From: Fuerstiella sp.
Lineage (GTDB): Bacteria > Planctomycetota > Planctomycetia > Planctomycetales > Planctomycetaceae
Length of the DNA stretch: 64,000 bases
Direction of reading: 5' to 3'
Assembly (NCBI GenBank): GCA_040222735.1
Contig: JAVKCM010000069.1
Span: 5,811 to 69,810, forward strand
Below the pieces are notes generated by a model. That model did not search any database. It was not told the DNA's origin and saw only the letters and a list, made by a program, of their open reading frames with translations. Of this stretch, positions 36,789-46,900 are shown piece after piece (within the stretch, counting starts at the first letter, position 1; the number at the start of each line of letters is the position of its first letter). A program made the position numbers and the translations under genes.

Positions 36789-38492
36789 CTACATCATACC
36801 GGGCATGCCGCCCATACCACCCATGCCGGGCATTCCGCCCATGCCACCCATTCCTCCCATGCCACCCATATCATGGTGGTGGTCGTCGTGATGACTGTCT
36901 TCTTCTTCTTCAGCCGGTTCTTCCACAACGATGCAGTCTGTGGTCAGCAGCAGAGCCGCCACGCTGGTGGCGTTCTGAAGTGAGGTGCGGACAACTTTGG
37001 CCGGATCCACCACGCCGAAGGACAGCATGTCGCCATACTTGTTGTTCAGAGCGTCGTAACCGTAGGACGCCTTCTTTTCCTTCTTGACACGGTTGGCCAC
37101 GACAGCCCCGTCCAGCCCGGCATTTTCAGCGATCATTCGCAGAGGCATTTCCAGAACACTGCGGATCAGTTCCGCTCCCAGTGCCTCATCACCCTTCAGC
37201 TTCAGGTCATCCAGCACAGTGCCGGATCGCAACAGGGCGACCCCGCCGCCGGGAACAATGCCTTCTTCAATCGCCGCTCGTGTGGCCGCCAGAGCATCGT
37301 CGACCAGGTCCTTCCGCTCCTTCATTTCCGTTTCTGTAGCGGCACCCACTTTGATCTGGGCGACACCACCAGCCAGCTTGGCCAGACGTTCCTGCAGCTT
37401 TTCACGGTCGTATTCGCTGTCGGTGTTTTCGATCTCCCGACGAATCTGTTCCGCACGACCGCTGATGTCGGCCTTCTTACCGGCCCCTTCCACGATGACG
37501 GTCTTGTCGGCGTCAATGCGGATGGATTTGGCCCGACCAAGATCGGACATCTGCACGTTTTCAAGCTTGATGCCCAGATCCTTGAAGAACGCCTTGCCGC
37601 TGGTCAGCACGGCAATATCTTCCAGCATGGCCTTGCGACGGTCGCCGTATCCCGGAGCCTTCACGGCGGCCACTTTCACGATGCCGCGCATCTTGTTGAC
37701 AACCAGAGTGGCCAGGGCTTCGCCTTCGATGTCTTCGGCGATAATCAGCAGAGGAGACCCGTCCCTGGAAATGGCTTCCAGCAGCGGAACCAGAACCTTG
37801 GCACTGGAAATCTTCTCTTCGTGAATCAGAACGCGGCAGTTTTCCAGCACGCATTCCTGATCTTCTTCGCTGGTGATGAAGTGCGGCGACAGATATCCGC
37901 GATCAAACTGCATCCCTTCCACCAGCTTGACTTCGGTGGTGACCTGCCGACCTTCCTCGACCGTGATCACTCCATCCTTGCCGACTTTCAGCAGTGCGTC
38001 AGCCAGAATTTCGCCGATTTCCGGATCGTTGTTGCCGGCAATGGCCGCCACGCGGGCGATCTGTTCCTTGTCGTTGGCCTTGACCGGCCTGGACATCCGC
38101 GCCAGTTCTGCCACGACGGCGTCCACGGCCTTCTGAGCCCCACGCGTCAGGGACATCGCTCCGGCACCGGCCGCAATGTACTTCAGACCATGTCGATAGA
38201 TGGCTTCGGCCAGAATGGTGGCCGTGGTGGTGCCGTCCCCGGCGACATCATTCGTCCTGGATGCGGCTTCCTTGACCAGCTGCACGGCCACATTTTCGCA
38301 GGAATCTTCCAGCTCAATATCTTCGGCGACCGTGACACCGTCCTTGGTCACCTTGGGAGCCCCCCAACCTTTGTCGAGAACGGCATTCCGTCCTCGTGGC
38401 CCGAGAGTGCTGGCAACGGCACGAGAAAGCTTGGAAACGCCGGAAAGCAGACCTTTGCTGGCCTCTTCGTCGAACGTTAGTATCTTAGCCAC
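36789..38492 (-). CDS. groL: Chaperonin GroEL (paralog with acidic/His-rich plus GGM tail)
   Basis: [46 protein letters not shown]-terminal [21 protein letters not shown]... GAGGAG RBS before GTG. Confidence 0.98.
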   Translation of the reverse strand: MAKILTFDEEASKGLLSGVSKLSRAVASTLGPRGRNAVLDKGWGAPKVTKDGVTVAEDIELEDSCENVAVQLVKEAASRTNDVAGDGTTTATILAEAIYRHGLKYIAAGAGAMSLTRGAQKAVDAVVAELARMSRPVKANDKEQIARVAAIAGNNDPEIGEILADALLKVGKDGVITVEEGRQVTTEVKLVEGMQFDRGYLSPHFITSEEDQECVLENCRVLIHEEKISSAKVLVPLLEAISRDGSPLLIIAEDIEGEALATLVVNKMRGIVKVAAVKAPGYGDRRKAMLEDIAVLTSGKAFFKDLGIKLENVQMSDLGRAKSIRIDADKTVIVEGAGKKADISGRAEQIRREIENTDSEYDREKLQERLAKLAGGVAQIKVGAATETEMKERKDLVDDALAATRAAIEEGIVPGGGVALLRSGTVLDDLKLKGDEALGAELIRSVLEMPLRMIAENAGLDGAVVANRVKKEKKASYGYDALNNKYGDMLSFGVVDPAKVVRTSLQNATSVAALLLTTDCIVVEEPAEEEEDSHHDDHHHDMGGMGGMGGMGGMPGMGGMGGMPGMM

Positions 38493-38546
38493 GGTTTCTC
38501 CTCAAACTAAAAACCGGTACGGGTGAGCGCAACTGAAGTGTCTTTC

Positions 38547-38562
38547 TGGCAGTAATCTGCCA
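38547..38562. promoter_or_regulatory. Palindrome TGGCAG-TAAT-CTGCCA in the groEL leader (possible operator)
   Basis: Perfect 6-bp inverted repeat with a 4-nt spacer between the putative promoter and the RBS. Confidence 0.3.
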
Positions 38563-38576
38563 TGGCTGCCCAATCA

Positions 38577-38592
38577 AGCGAACCGCGTGCCG
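38577..38592 (-). promoter_or_regulatory. Candidate sigma-54 (-24/-12) promoter of the chaperone operon
   Basis: Minus strand CGGCACG-CGGT-TCGCT versus consensus TGGCACG-N4-TTGCW, with correct GG/GC spacing, about 85 nt upstream of the groEL start. Confidence 0.45.
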
Positions 38593-38714
38593 AAAGTTGC
38601 CGCATGTTGTAACTGCCATTTTCTGCAGCACTTATGGAAACAGCCCAAAGACGTCGCAGGGGCGGTATCGGCAGACTCAGTCGAATTGGCAGGGGCCACC
38701 GCCCGGACAGCCGA

Positions 38715-41099
38715 TCACGGCGTGTCGGTTTTGTCAGCTTCGGACGGATCCGTTGGCCGCGGCAGCACCAGAGCACGGCGCAGGCAGGTCTGATCATTCG
38801 GCGTCGGGCTGCGCATGATCAATATGGCCCGTTCAAGAAAGAGCCGCTGCGTAAACTGGCTGGCGTTGATCAGAATTCTGACAGACGCGGCTCCGGCATG
38901 AGGCTTCGCCGGATCCTCGATCGCATCCAGTAGTTGTTCACGCAGTTCCTGCCAGCCCGGCTCCGCCTCTGGCTGGACAAACACGGCGGCGATGGCGTGC
39001 AGCAACAGCAGAAATTCTCCGCGTGTACCGGATTCAAGCACCTCCGGCACAACTCGGTGTAATTCTCCCGCGCTGTCCGGATCCCCGGTTTCTCTGATCG
39101 CCAGCAGCGTCTGTATCCGCTGCAGGCGAGCGGAGTCAAAGCCTCCGGCCCGGGCTCGCTGCAGCAGAGCGGCCGCTTCGCGAAACGATTTCAAGTCGCC
39201 GAATTCCAACTTCACCAGCGCCCGGTTGAACAATGCCTCCTGCGCGAAGCTTCCGCCGCCGATCAAGGCCTCCCACTGTTCGCTCAGCTGTCTCCACTCG
39301 GCCTGTATCTCCAGCTGTTCGGGCGAGGATAGGTGTTCCTGGCTTTCGGGCGGCACCATGCATTTTTGCAGACCGGTGCGGCACAGCAGGTGTATGAAAC
39401 GGCATTCCGGGTCGTGTTCGACATACGGGGCCACCAGATCCCGTGCTTCACCGATTCGGTCGTCCCGCAACAATTTTCGGGACTGCATGACGGCTTCGGC
39501 GGCTGCCGCCTGATCGAGCACTGGATTGGTTGCGCCGATCTCTCCGGAAAGGGCCGAGAACACAGCCTGCCGGACAGGGGCCACGGACAGGCCGGCGGCC
39601 ACCAGCGGGACAATGACCCACGATAGTCGTGCCAGCCGCCGCATCCGCCCTGCAGGTTTCGGCAGCAGGTTCTGCAGTGCCGTGACCAGGGCCTGCATGT
39701 CGGCGAATCGTTGCTCTGGTTCTGCATGAAGGCCTTTCAGCAGGACGTCGACCGCCCCTCTGGAAAGGATCTTTCCGGTTTTCTGAATTCGTTCCGGCGT
39801 AATGCCGTCGGCCTGCCGGCGCAGCAGTTCCCGGGCCGCTTCGCCGCGTGTCGGGAAGTCGGCTCCCACGCCGAACGGCGGCTCACCCGAGGCCAGATGC
39901 CACAAGGTAGCGCACAAACCATAGACGTCCGTCCGCAAGGATACCGAAGGGTGAGCGGGCGATTCAGGGGTGGCGGCTGAAGCGTGGGTCGCGGGTGACT
40001 CGACTGCTCCGACGCCCGAACCTGGCTCCAGGCTCTGTGCCGACTCCGAGCATGTCTCCGGACGCGGCTCCGACTCAGTGTCTGACGACAGCAGCTGCCA
40101 CAGTTGTTCGGAGGCCATATACGGCAGGGTGCCGCCGGCCAGGCGAATAGCATCTTCGGCCGACGAGGCCAGGTTGAAATCCAGCAGGCTGGCGGTGAGA
40201 TTTTCCAGCAGAAGGACATTGCCGGGTTTTACATCGCAGTGCAGGATGTCGAGTGAGTGGGCATATGCCAGTGCATGGCCGATCTGCACGCCCCATTTCA
40301 GGATCGCGGTGCCCACTGTATCGCCATCAAGTACGGTTGGGGTGCCTGAATTTTCCGTTGGAGCGTTCCGGCTTTCCGTGGCTGGCGCGAGTCCTGCCGT
40401 CTGATTCTGGCCCTGCACCGCCTGACGCAGATGTCGTCCGGTCGGCCGCACACGCAGTTGTCTGTCCAGCAGCCATTCCGCCAGATGGTGCATGGTGACG
40501 CGGGTCATAAACGGCATGCAGATGACCGCCAGTCCCGTTTCGTGATCGGTATGGATGGAGTGCACGGGGGCGATACTGCTGTGTTCCAGCTGTCCCAGCA
40601 GATCCGCTTCCCGTTCGCCGCGGACACAGATCTTGACGACCACCTGTCGCATTCCCAGCCCGGCCTGACGGGCGATAAACACACGCGACAGGGCCCCCCG
40701 GCCGATCTGCTCCATCAACTGAAAGCCACAGAATTCGTCGCCTTCGTCAGGCCAGCGTTCATCGGGGACAGCTTCGACCAGCGACGGGTGGTCGTGGAGC
40801 ACCTGGTCGAATTCGATCACCCGGTACAGCGACTGTTCGACGCCGTCAAATTTCCGGACGAATTCGGAGGCCGCGACAGCTTCGCCCTGCTCCCGGCGCC
40901 GGCAGTATTCCTCATAGGCCAGATCAATGACGCAGCTGGGAAACTGTTTCAGGATGGAGTGTTGATTCAGCAGTTCTTCGGCTGAAAAGCTGCTTTGCGT
41001 GCGATCGCGAATCACACTCAGCACCAGCGACCGCGCGGCGTCTCTGTCCGACGGTTTCTGCCCTGCGGCCGGGTTTTGATTTGCGTGAGTCGAACTCAT
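38715..41099 (-). CDS. Hanks-type Ser/Thr protein kinase with one TM segment and TPR-like C-terminal region
   Basis: QIGRGALSRVF, VVVKIC, LHCDVKPGNVLL, LLDFNLA, GGTLPYMASEQ, DVYGLCATLW. TM segment LSWVIVPLVAAGLSVAPV. Start may be 41099 or 41174. Confidence 0.92.
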   Translation of the reverse strand: MSSTHANQNPAAGQKPSDRDAARSLVLSVIRDRTQSSFSAEELLNQHSILKQFPSCVIDLAYEEYCRRREQGEAVAASEFVRKFDGVEQSLYRVIEFDQVLHDHPSLVEAVPDERWPDEGDEFCGFQLMEQIGRGALSRVFIARQAGLGMRQVVVKICVRGEREADLLGQLEHSSIAPVHSIHTDHETGLAVICMPFMTRVTMHHLAEWLLDRQLRVRPTGRHLRQAVQGQNQTAGLAPATESRNAPTENSGTPTVLDGDTVGTAILKWGVQIGHALAYAHSLDILHCDVKPGNVLLLENLTASLLDFNLASSAEDAIRLAGGTLPYMASEQLWQLLSSDTESEPRPETCSESAQSLEPGSGVGAVESPATHASAATPESPAHPSVSLRTDVYGLCATLWHLASGEPPFGVGADFPTRGEAARELLRRQADGITPERIQKTGKILSRGAVDVLLKGLHAEPEQRFADMQALVTALQNLLPKPAGRMRRLARLSWVIVPLVAAGLSVAPVRQAVFSALSGEIGATNPVLDQAAAAEAVMQSRKLLRDDRIGEARDLVAPYVEHDPECRFIHLLCRTGLQKCMVPPESQEHLSSPEQLEIQAEWRQLSEQWEALIGGGSFAQEALFNRALVKLEFGDLKSFREAAALLQRARAGGFDSARLQRIQTLLAIRETGDPDSAGELHRVVPEVLESGTRGEFLLLLHAIAAVFVQPEAEPGWQELREQLLDAIEDPAKPHAGAASVRILINASQFTQRLFLERAILIMRSPTPNDQTCLRRALVLPRPTDPSEADKTDTP

Positions 41100-41248
41100 C
41101 AGGAACTTGCCGCCAATTCTTGCCAAACGCCTCGAAAGCTGTCGCGTCAGCAGTTCACGCGCCGGAGAAATCACTGGAAGGCACGATTATCGGTGGGCTG
41201 GCCACAGCAGCCCGGATTCTGTCGGCGTTACCACACAGTCAAAATCAT

Positions 41249-41848
41249 TCACTCCGCAGCAGGATCATTCAGGCGTTTTCCTGAAATTCGACTGATAATT
41301 CTGCGTACATGCCGCTCGGAAACGCCCATGACTTTGGCAATTTCGACCTGAGTCGCGCCGGCTCGCAGCAGTCGAAGCAACCTCGTGTGCGTCGCATTTT
41401 CGTTTTCCGTCAGCTGATCCCACTGTTCGTTGGCGACCGCAAACTGACTCGGCGTGGGCTGTGATACGCGCCGGCGATTGTCCATTACCACCTGAGGCAG
41501 GATTTCGTTGGCCGCTTTAGTCTCGGGACGCGACTGTCGCCGACGGCCCGCATCAATCACTTTATTGGCGGCCATCCGCCCCAGAAATCCGGCCAGGTCG
41601 CCTTCGTTTTCAATTCGCTGCACCACAGAAAGATGGCCGAAGAACGAGGCCCAGACGGCCTGCGCGAAGTCTTCCGAATCAAATCGATCTCGCATGCCGC
41701 GATTCATTCTCCGCCGCACCGCGCGGAGAATGTGAGTCCCGTATTCCGAGATCAGGGATTCAGACGCAGCCTGATCGCCTGACGCTACTTTTTGAAGCAG
41801 TTCGTGAAATCGCCGGGTCTTAATTGGTTCGGTGGGCTGAGCAGGCAT
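41249..41848 (-). CDS. ECF-type RNA polymerase sigma factor
   Basis: Region 2 (GDQAASESLISEY...RFDSEDFAQAVW...FLGRMAANKVID) and region 4 HTH (GATQVEIAKVMGVSERHVRR). Confidence 0.9.
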   Translation of the reverse strand: MPAQPTEPIKTRRFHELLQKVASGDQAASESLISEYGTHILRAVRRRMNRGMRDRFDSEDFAQAVWASFFGHLSVVQRIENEGDLAGFLGRMAANKVIDAGRRRQSRPETKAANEILPQVVMDNRRRVSQPTPSQFAVANEQWDQLTENENATHTRLLRLLRAGATQVEIAKVMGVSERHVRRIISRISGKRLNDPAAE

Positions 41849-41889
41849 ACGTACGCGCCGGGAGAAAGTTTCTCAGAACTACCGACATC

Positions 41890-42354
41890 CTAGTCATCAG
41901 CAGTATCGTCAGTTTCCGCTGCCGGCTCGTCATCCGTTTCGGCCTCTGTTTCAACGTCCGCTTCGGCCTCTGTTTCTTCTTCCTCAACAACAGGGGCCGG
42001 GGGCGCCTTCTTCATTTCCTGATCATCCGGTACCAGCGGATTTCCGTCTGCATCCAGCGGTTCTTTAATCGGCTGAATGAAGTAGCGTCGTTTTCCTTTG
42101 GCCAGCAGGGCGTTCAGTTTTTCTTCTGCTTTGTCCCGCTCGTGATACAGGAACCGGCCTTCTTCTCGCATCGTGCTGCTGTACACAACCCAGATCAGTC
42201 GGCGTCGGGCAGGCGTGTCGGCCTTCTTTTTTCGGGTTCGAGTGGCTGTCGTCGCCTTTTTCCGCGTGGCCTTCTTCTTTTTCCTGGGAGCGGCCTTCTC
42301 CAGTTCTTCGACCGCCTCCATTTCGCGACGCTTGCTAATTCGGCTCTTTCCCAT
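41890..42354 (-). CDS. Hypothetical protein with Lys/Arg-rich N-terminus, small globular core and acidic tail
   Basis: 154-aa ORF filling the gap upstream of the ECF gene. Core RRRLIWVVYSSTMREEGRFLYHERDKAEEKL...YFIQPIKE resembles a planctomycete-conserved hypothetical family (from memory, unverified). Confidence 0.8.
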   Translation of the reverse strand: MGKSRISKRREMEAVEELEKAAPRKKKKATRKKATTATRTRKKKADTPARRRLIWVVYSSTMREEGRFLYHERDKAEEKLNALLAKGKRRYFIQPIKEPLDADGNPLVPDDQEMKKAPPAPVVEEEETEAEADVETEAETDDEPAAETDDTADD

Positions 42355-42529
42355 TTTCCAACAATTTCCGATTAAATGATTTGACCAGTCAGGATAAGCA
42401 GGGCGATTTGCACAGGCCGCTTAGCCATGGGTGCCAAGCCGCAGCGGGACATCGTAACACAAGAATCGCGGAATTACAGCAATAACCGGGGCGGTTGAAG
42501 CCGCTTCCCATTGATTGCACGAGCCCCTG

Positions 42530-43942
42530 TCAACTCAGAATTTCCCGAATGACGTTTCCGTGCACGTCGGTCAATCGAAAATCGCGTCCGGCGTAGCGAT
42601 AGGTCAGCCGTTTGTGGTTCAGCCCCAGTGTATGCAGCATGGTTGCGTGCAGGTCATACACGCTGGTCGGACGTTCCACGGCCTTGAACCCGAAATCGTC
42701 GGTGGCACCATACACGGTTCCCCCCCGGATTCCTCCACCGGCCAGCCAGACGGTAAAGCCGTAGTGATTGTGGTCCCGGCCGTACTTCGGAACGCCGTCA
42801 CCACTCAGTTCCACCGTCGGGGTGCGGCCGAATTCTCCGCCCCACACCACCAGCGTCTCGTCCAACAGGCCACGCTGCTCCAGGTCTGTAAGCAACGCGG
42901 CAATCGGCTGATCAATCTGGCCAGCCAGACGGCGATGATTGTCGGCTATGTTGTCGTGATTGTCCCAGGGCTGGCCGGCGCCATGCCAGAGCTGCAGATA
43001 GCGGACACCGCGTTCGGCCAGGCGGCGCGCGATCAGAGTCTGCCGCCCATGAACTCCGTCACCGTACAGTTCCCGAATATGTTTCGGTTCACGTGAGATA
43101 TCAAATGCCTCGCCAGCCTCCATCTGCATGCGAAATGCCAGTTCGTAGGACTGGATTCTGGATTCCAGGCGAGGATCCTGGCGGGTGGCCTGATGATGTC
43201 GATTCCATTTATTTAACAGCGCCAGTTGGCGCTGCTGTGCCGGTGCACTGATCTGAGGGTGTTCAATATTTTCAATCAGGCGACTCAGTTCCGTGTACTG
43301 AGTGTCAATATGCGTTCCCTGAAACGCCCCGGGTAAAAAGGCCGACTGCCAGTTTTCAGTGTCCTTAATGGGCAATCCGCCCGGGCACATCGCAATGAAC
43401 CCGGGAAGGTTCTGGTTTTCAGCGCCCAGCCCGTACAGGATCCACGCTCCTGCACTGGGCCGTGCCTGGACTGAATCACCACAGTTCATCAGCATCAGCG
43501 ATGGCTCGTGGTTGGGCACCTGAGCGTACATCGACCGGATGACGGCAATTTTGTCAACATGCTGAGCCGTGCGGGCGAAGATGTCGCTGACTTCGATACC
43601 GGATTCTCCGTATCGTCGAAATCGAAACGGTGACGGAAAAGCAGCTCCGGTCTTGCGTTCCGTTGTCAGTGTTTCATCCAGCGGCCGACCGGCATATTCC
43701 GCGAGCGCCGGCTTGGGGTCGAACGTGTCCACATGAGACGGGCCTCCGTTCAGAAAGAAATGAATGACGCGTTTGGCTTTGCCGGGAAAGTGCATGCCGG
43801 ATTCCGAGCCTGCGATGGCAGGCTCGCTGCCGTCTGCTGCCAGCACGGAATTCAGCCCCAGCGCACCGATGCCCAGGCCCGATCGCAACAGGATATCCCG
43901 TCGGCTCAGCGCCGACGAACGATGTGGTTGCTGATGATACAT
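42530..43942 (-). CDS. DUF1501 family protein (Tat-exported)
   Basis: LSRRDILL twin-arginine motif, AKRVIHFFLNGGPSHVDTFDPKP, WGGEFGRTP, GRDHN...WLAGGG, RLTDVHG. Start placed at ATG 43942. Confidence 0.93.
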   Translation of the reverse strand: MYHQQPHRSSALSRRDILLRSGLGIGALGLNSVLAADGSEPAIAGSESGMHFPGKAKRVIHFFLNGGPSHVDTFDPKPALAEYAGRPLDETLTTERKTGAAFPSPFRFRRYGESGIEVSDIFARTAQHVDKIAVIRSMYAQVPNHEPSLMLMNCGDSVQARPSAGAWILYGLGAENQNLPGFIAMCPGGLPIKDTENWQSAFLPGAFQGTHIDTQYTELSRLIENIEHPQISAPAQQRQLALLNKWNRHHQATRQDPRLESRIQSYELAFRMQMEAGEAFDISREPKHIRELYGDGVHGRQTLIARRLAERGVRYLQLWHGAGQPWDNHDNIADNHRRLAGQIDQPIAALLTDLEQRGLLDETLVVWGGEFGRTPTVELSGDGVPKYGRDHNHYGFTVWLAGGGIRGGTVYGATDDFGFKAVERPTSVYDLHATMLHTLGLNHKRLTYRYAGRDFRLTDVHGNVIREILS

Positions 43943-43947
43943 GGCTT

Positions 43948-46900
43948 TTAGTCCACAAAAAGAAATTCGTTGGAACAGAACAGGATCTGGGCCAGCTGTT
44001 CCGCAGGAGTCAGGCGAGATCCGGTATTGGTAGTGAAGTCCAGTGTTGAGTCCCACGACAGGCTGGTGCCGACGGGGCTCGACGCGGTCGGTGTCGCGCT
44101 GATCACCGCCTTCCAGAGATGTTCGTCGCTGTTCAGGACATTGTTGATGTCGACGACAAAGTCGATTGTTTCCCCGGCAGTGACCGTCAGAGATTCAATG
44201 TCCAGACTGGCACTGCTCTGGTGCACAGCAGCAGTGGCCAGCTGCCCATGGACAGAACTGACTACAAACGCTCGAACCCCGTCTCCCGCAGCTCGTTCAT
44301 GCACCAGCCGGGATTCGATCCGGACAGTCATGTCAGCGGGCGCCGTCCAGCGTCGAACGCAGGCCGTATCGCGTGTGTTTCCGGGGTGGCCGCCGACCGC
44401 TGACAGCTGGACCCAGCCGAGTTTCGGGTCCGGCCATGCCGGTCCCCCCTGCCATGCTGCTCCGGTGAAATGCGGCAGCGGCTGGAAGTTCTCCACACGC
44501 TGTGACTGTTCGTTGTAGCCGCCGAAGCCGAAACTCCAGTCCGCCGCAGTCGGTCGTAGTGTCGGTGAATCCGATTCCACGGCCGACAGCAGTGCGACCG
44601 CGTCGCGGCGTTCGTCCGCTGTCGGATGTCGCAGCAACACCCGCTGAAACAGTTCGATCACCATGCGTTCCGGCGTCGCATTCGGCGATACGACTTCCGC
44701 CAGACGGCGGGCACGGTCCAGCACCAGCGGATGATTCATGAAGAACAACGCCTGCTGTGGTACGGTCGTCTGATTCCGCTGCGGTACATGCAGATCCGGA
44801 TTGGCGAAGTCGAATACCCGCAGAATGGAAGGCAGGAACTGGCGATCCACCAGTCCATACAGTGTCCGGCGGACATTGGTTGGGTTGTCGAACAGAGGCG
44901 CGGGCTTGCCGCCGCGCTGTGTGTTCAGCTCACCGGTGGCTGTCAGCATGGCATCCCGGAACTGTTCGAATGTCAGCCGTCGAGAATTCATACGCCATAG
45001 CAGGCGATTTTCCGGATCGACCTCAAGGGCCACCGGCAGCACCGCGTCCTGATCGGAACGGCTGGCCGATTGCTGAAAGGTGGCCGACGTCACAATCATT
45101 CTGTGCAGCCACTTCAGGCTCCAGCCGTTCGTCCGGAATTCAGTTGTCAGCCAGTCCAGCAGTTCCGGGTGTGAGGGGGCTGAGGCGCGCAGACCGAAGT
45201 CGCTGGGAGTCGGAACAAGGCCTCTTCCGAAGTGCTGCGCCCACACTCGATTCACGATCACGCGTGCCGTCAGCGGGTTGTCTTCAGCCACAATCGCCTG
45301 CGCCAGTTCCAGACGGCCACTGCCGGTTTCAAATGGCGTGCGACCGGCCGGTGACAGAACCTTCAGAAACCGTCGCGGCACGTCTTCCCCGGGATTCATC
45401 GGATTCCCCCGGCGAAAGATCCGCGGCTCAGACGGGATCTCACGGTCCGTCAGAATCAACCCGACTTCCGGCGGCGCGGCCGGTTCAATCAGCCAGCGGT
45501 CCACATCGCCCTGTAGTTTCCATAAGGCGGTACACGTGCCGCTGTCGAAAAACGATTCGGTATGCACAATCGGTTCGTCCGGCACTTCGCACGGCGCCGC
45601 CGGGCCGTACAGCACTGCTCGCAGCTGCTCAGCGGCAGCTTCCGCAAGTTGTGTCGGCTGAGGTTTTCCAGTGGCCTTCGCGGCAGTCTGCTGTTCGGCC
45701 CATTGGCGGTCGATCTCTGTCAGAATCTCAGCATACCGGTCAATGACCTCTGAAAAGTCGGCCGGAGGCATTGCGAAAGCAGCGGCGACAATCGGATTCA
45801 CGGCAGCGCCGGAATCATGGATCTGCTGAGTCACGGCGGGTGCCCTGGCAGCAAACTCGGCCGTGTCCAGTTCACGATACAGATGCCACGGGACAAAGAC
45901 AGGATCCTGCCGACGCTGCGCTGCCCGCAGATAAGCGGCCCAGCGGCTGACGAACGCCGGCAGCAGGTCCGACTTCTGAAAGACCTGGTCAAAGCCCTTC
46001 GGGGGGTATTTGTGCAGTTCTGTCTGGGCCACCAGATAGTCCCGAATCCGACCGCGGACGCGCGCCGAAGATTCTGCACGGCTTTGTGCCAGTCTTTCCT
46101 GCAGCACTGTTTGTCGCTTCTTCAGTTCGGCCTCGTAGTCGTCGGGCATCGGCTGGTCGCTGAGACGCACCGTCCGCTCGACGCAGCTGTCGAAGACTCC
46201 GTACAGAGAGTAATAATCGGCGGTTGGGATGGGATCATACTTATGATCATGGCACCGGGCACAACTGACCGTCAGCCCCATTGTGCCGCGAGTGACCACA
46301 TCAATTCGATCATCAATGATGTCACGTTCCACGCCCAGAAACCGTCGCCCCACGGTCAGAAATCCCATCGCTGCCAGGTCGCTGTGGCGTGCGTCGTCCA
46401 CCTGGTCGGCGGCCAGCTGCAATAACAGAAATCGGTCATACGGCAGATCTTCGTTCAACGCGTCCACCACCCAGTCGCGATAACGCCACGCATGAGTCCA
46501 GAAGCGTTCTTCGCGTGCGTACACGTAGCCCTTCGTGTCGGAATACCGAGCCACGTCCAGCCAATGGCGGGCCCAGTGCTGTCCATATTCAGGAGCCGCC
46601 AGGTACTGGTCCACGAGCCGTTCATAGGCCTGTTCATCCGGCATCGCGACAAACGCCCGCACGTCCTCCGGCGTCGGTGGCAGCCCCGTAAGCGTATGAG
46701 ACAGACGTCGCACCAGATCCCGTGACTTTGCTCTGGGAGCCGGCGAAAGACCATTCTGCTGCAGAGCCCGCAGGATGAAGGCGTCAATGGCGTTCCGGGG
46801 CCATGTCGTGTTCGGCATCGAGGGCACAGAAACAACCGCCGACGGCTGAAACGCCCAGTGATCGTCCGCGTCCGCGATGGACGGCGCCTGCAGATGAGCC

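Noticed and set aside
38385-38415. GAGTGCTGG as a CIRCE half-site
   Set aside because: It lies inside the groEL coding sequence and has no matching TTAGCACTC arm at the 9-nt spacing.
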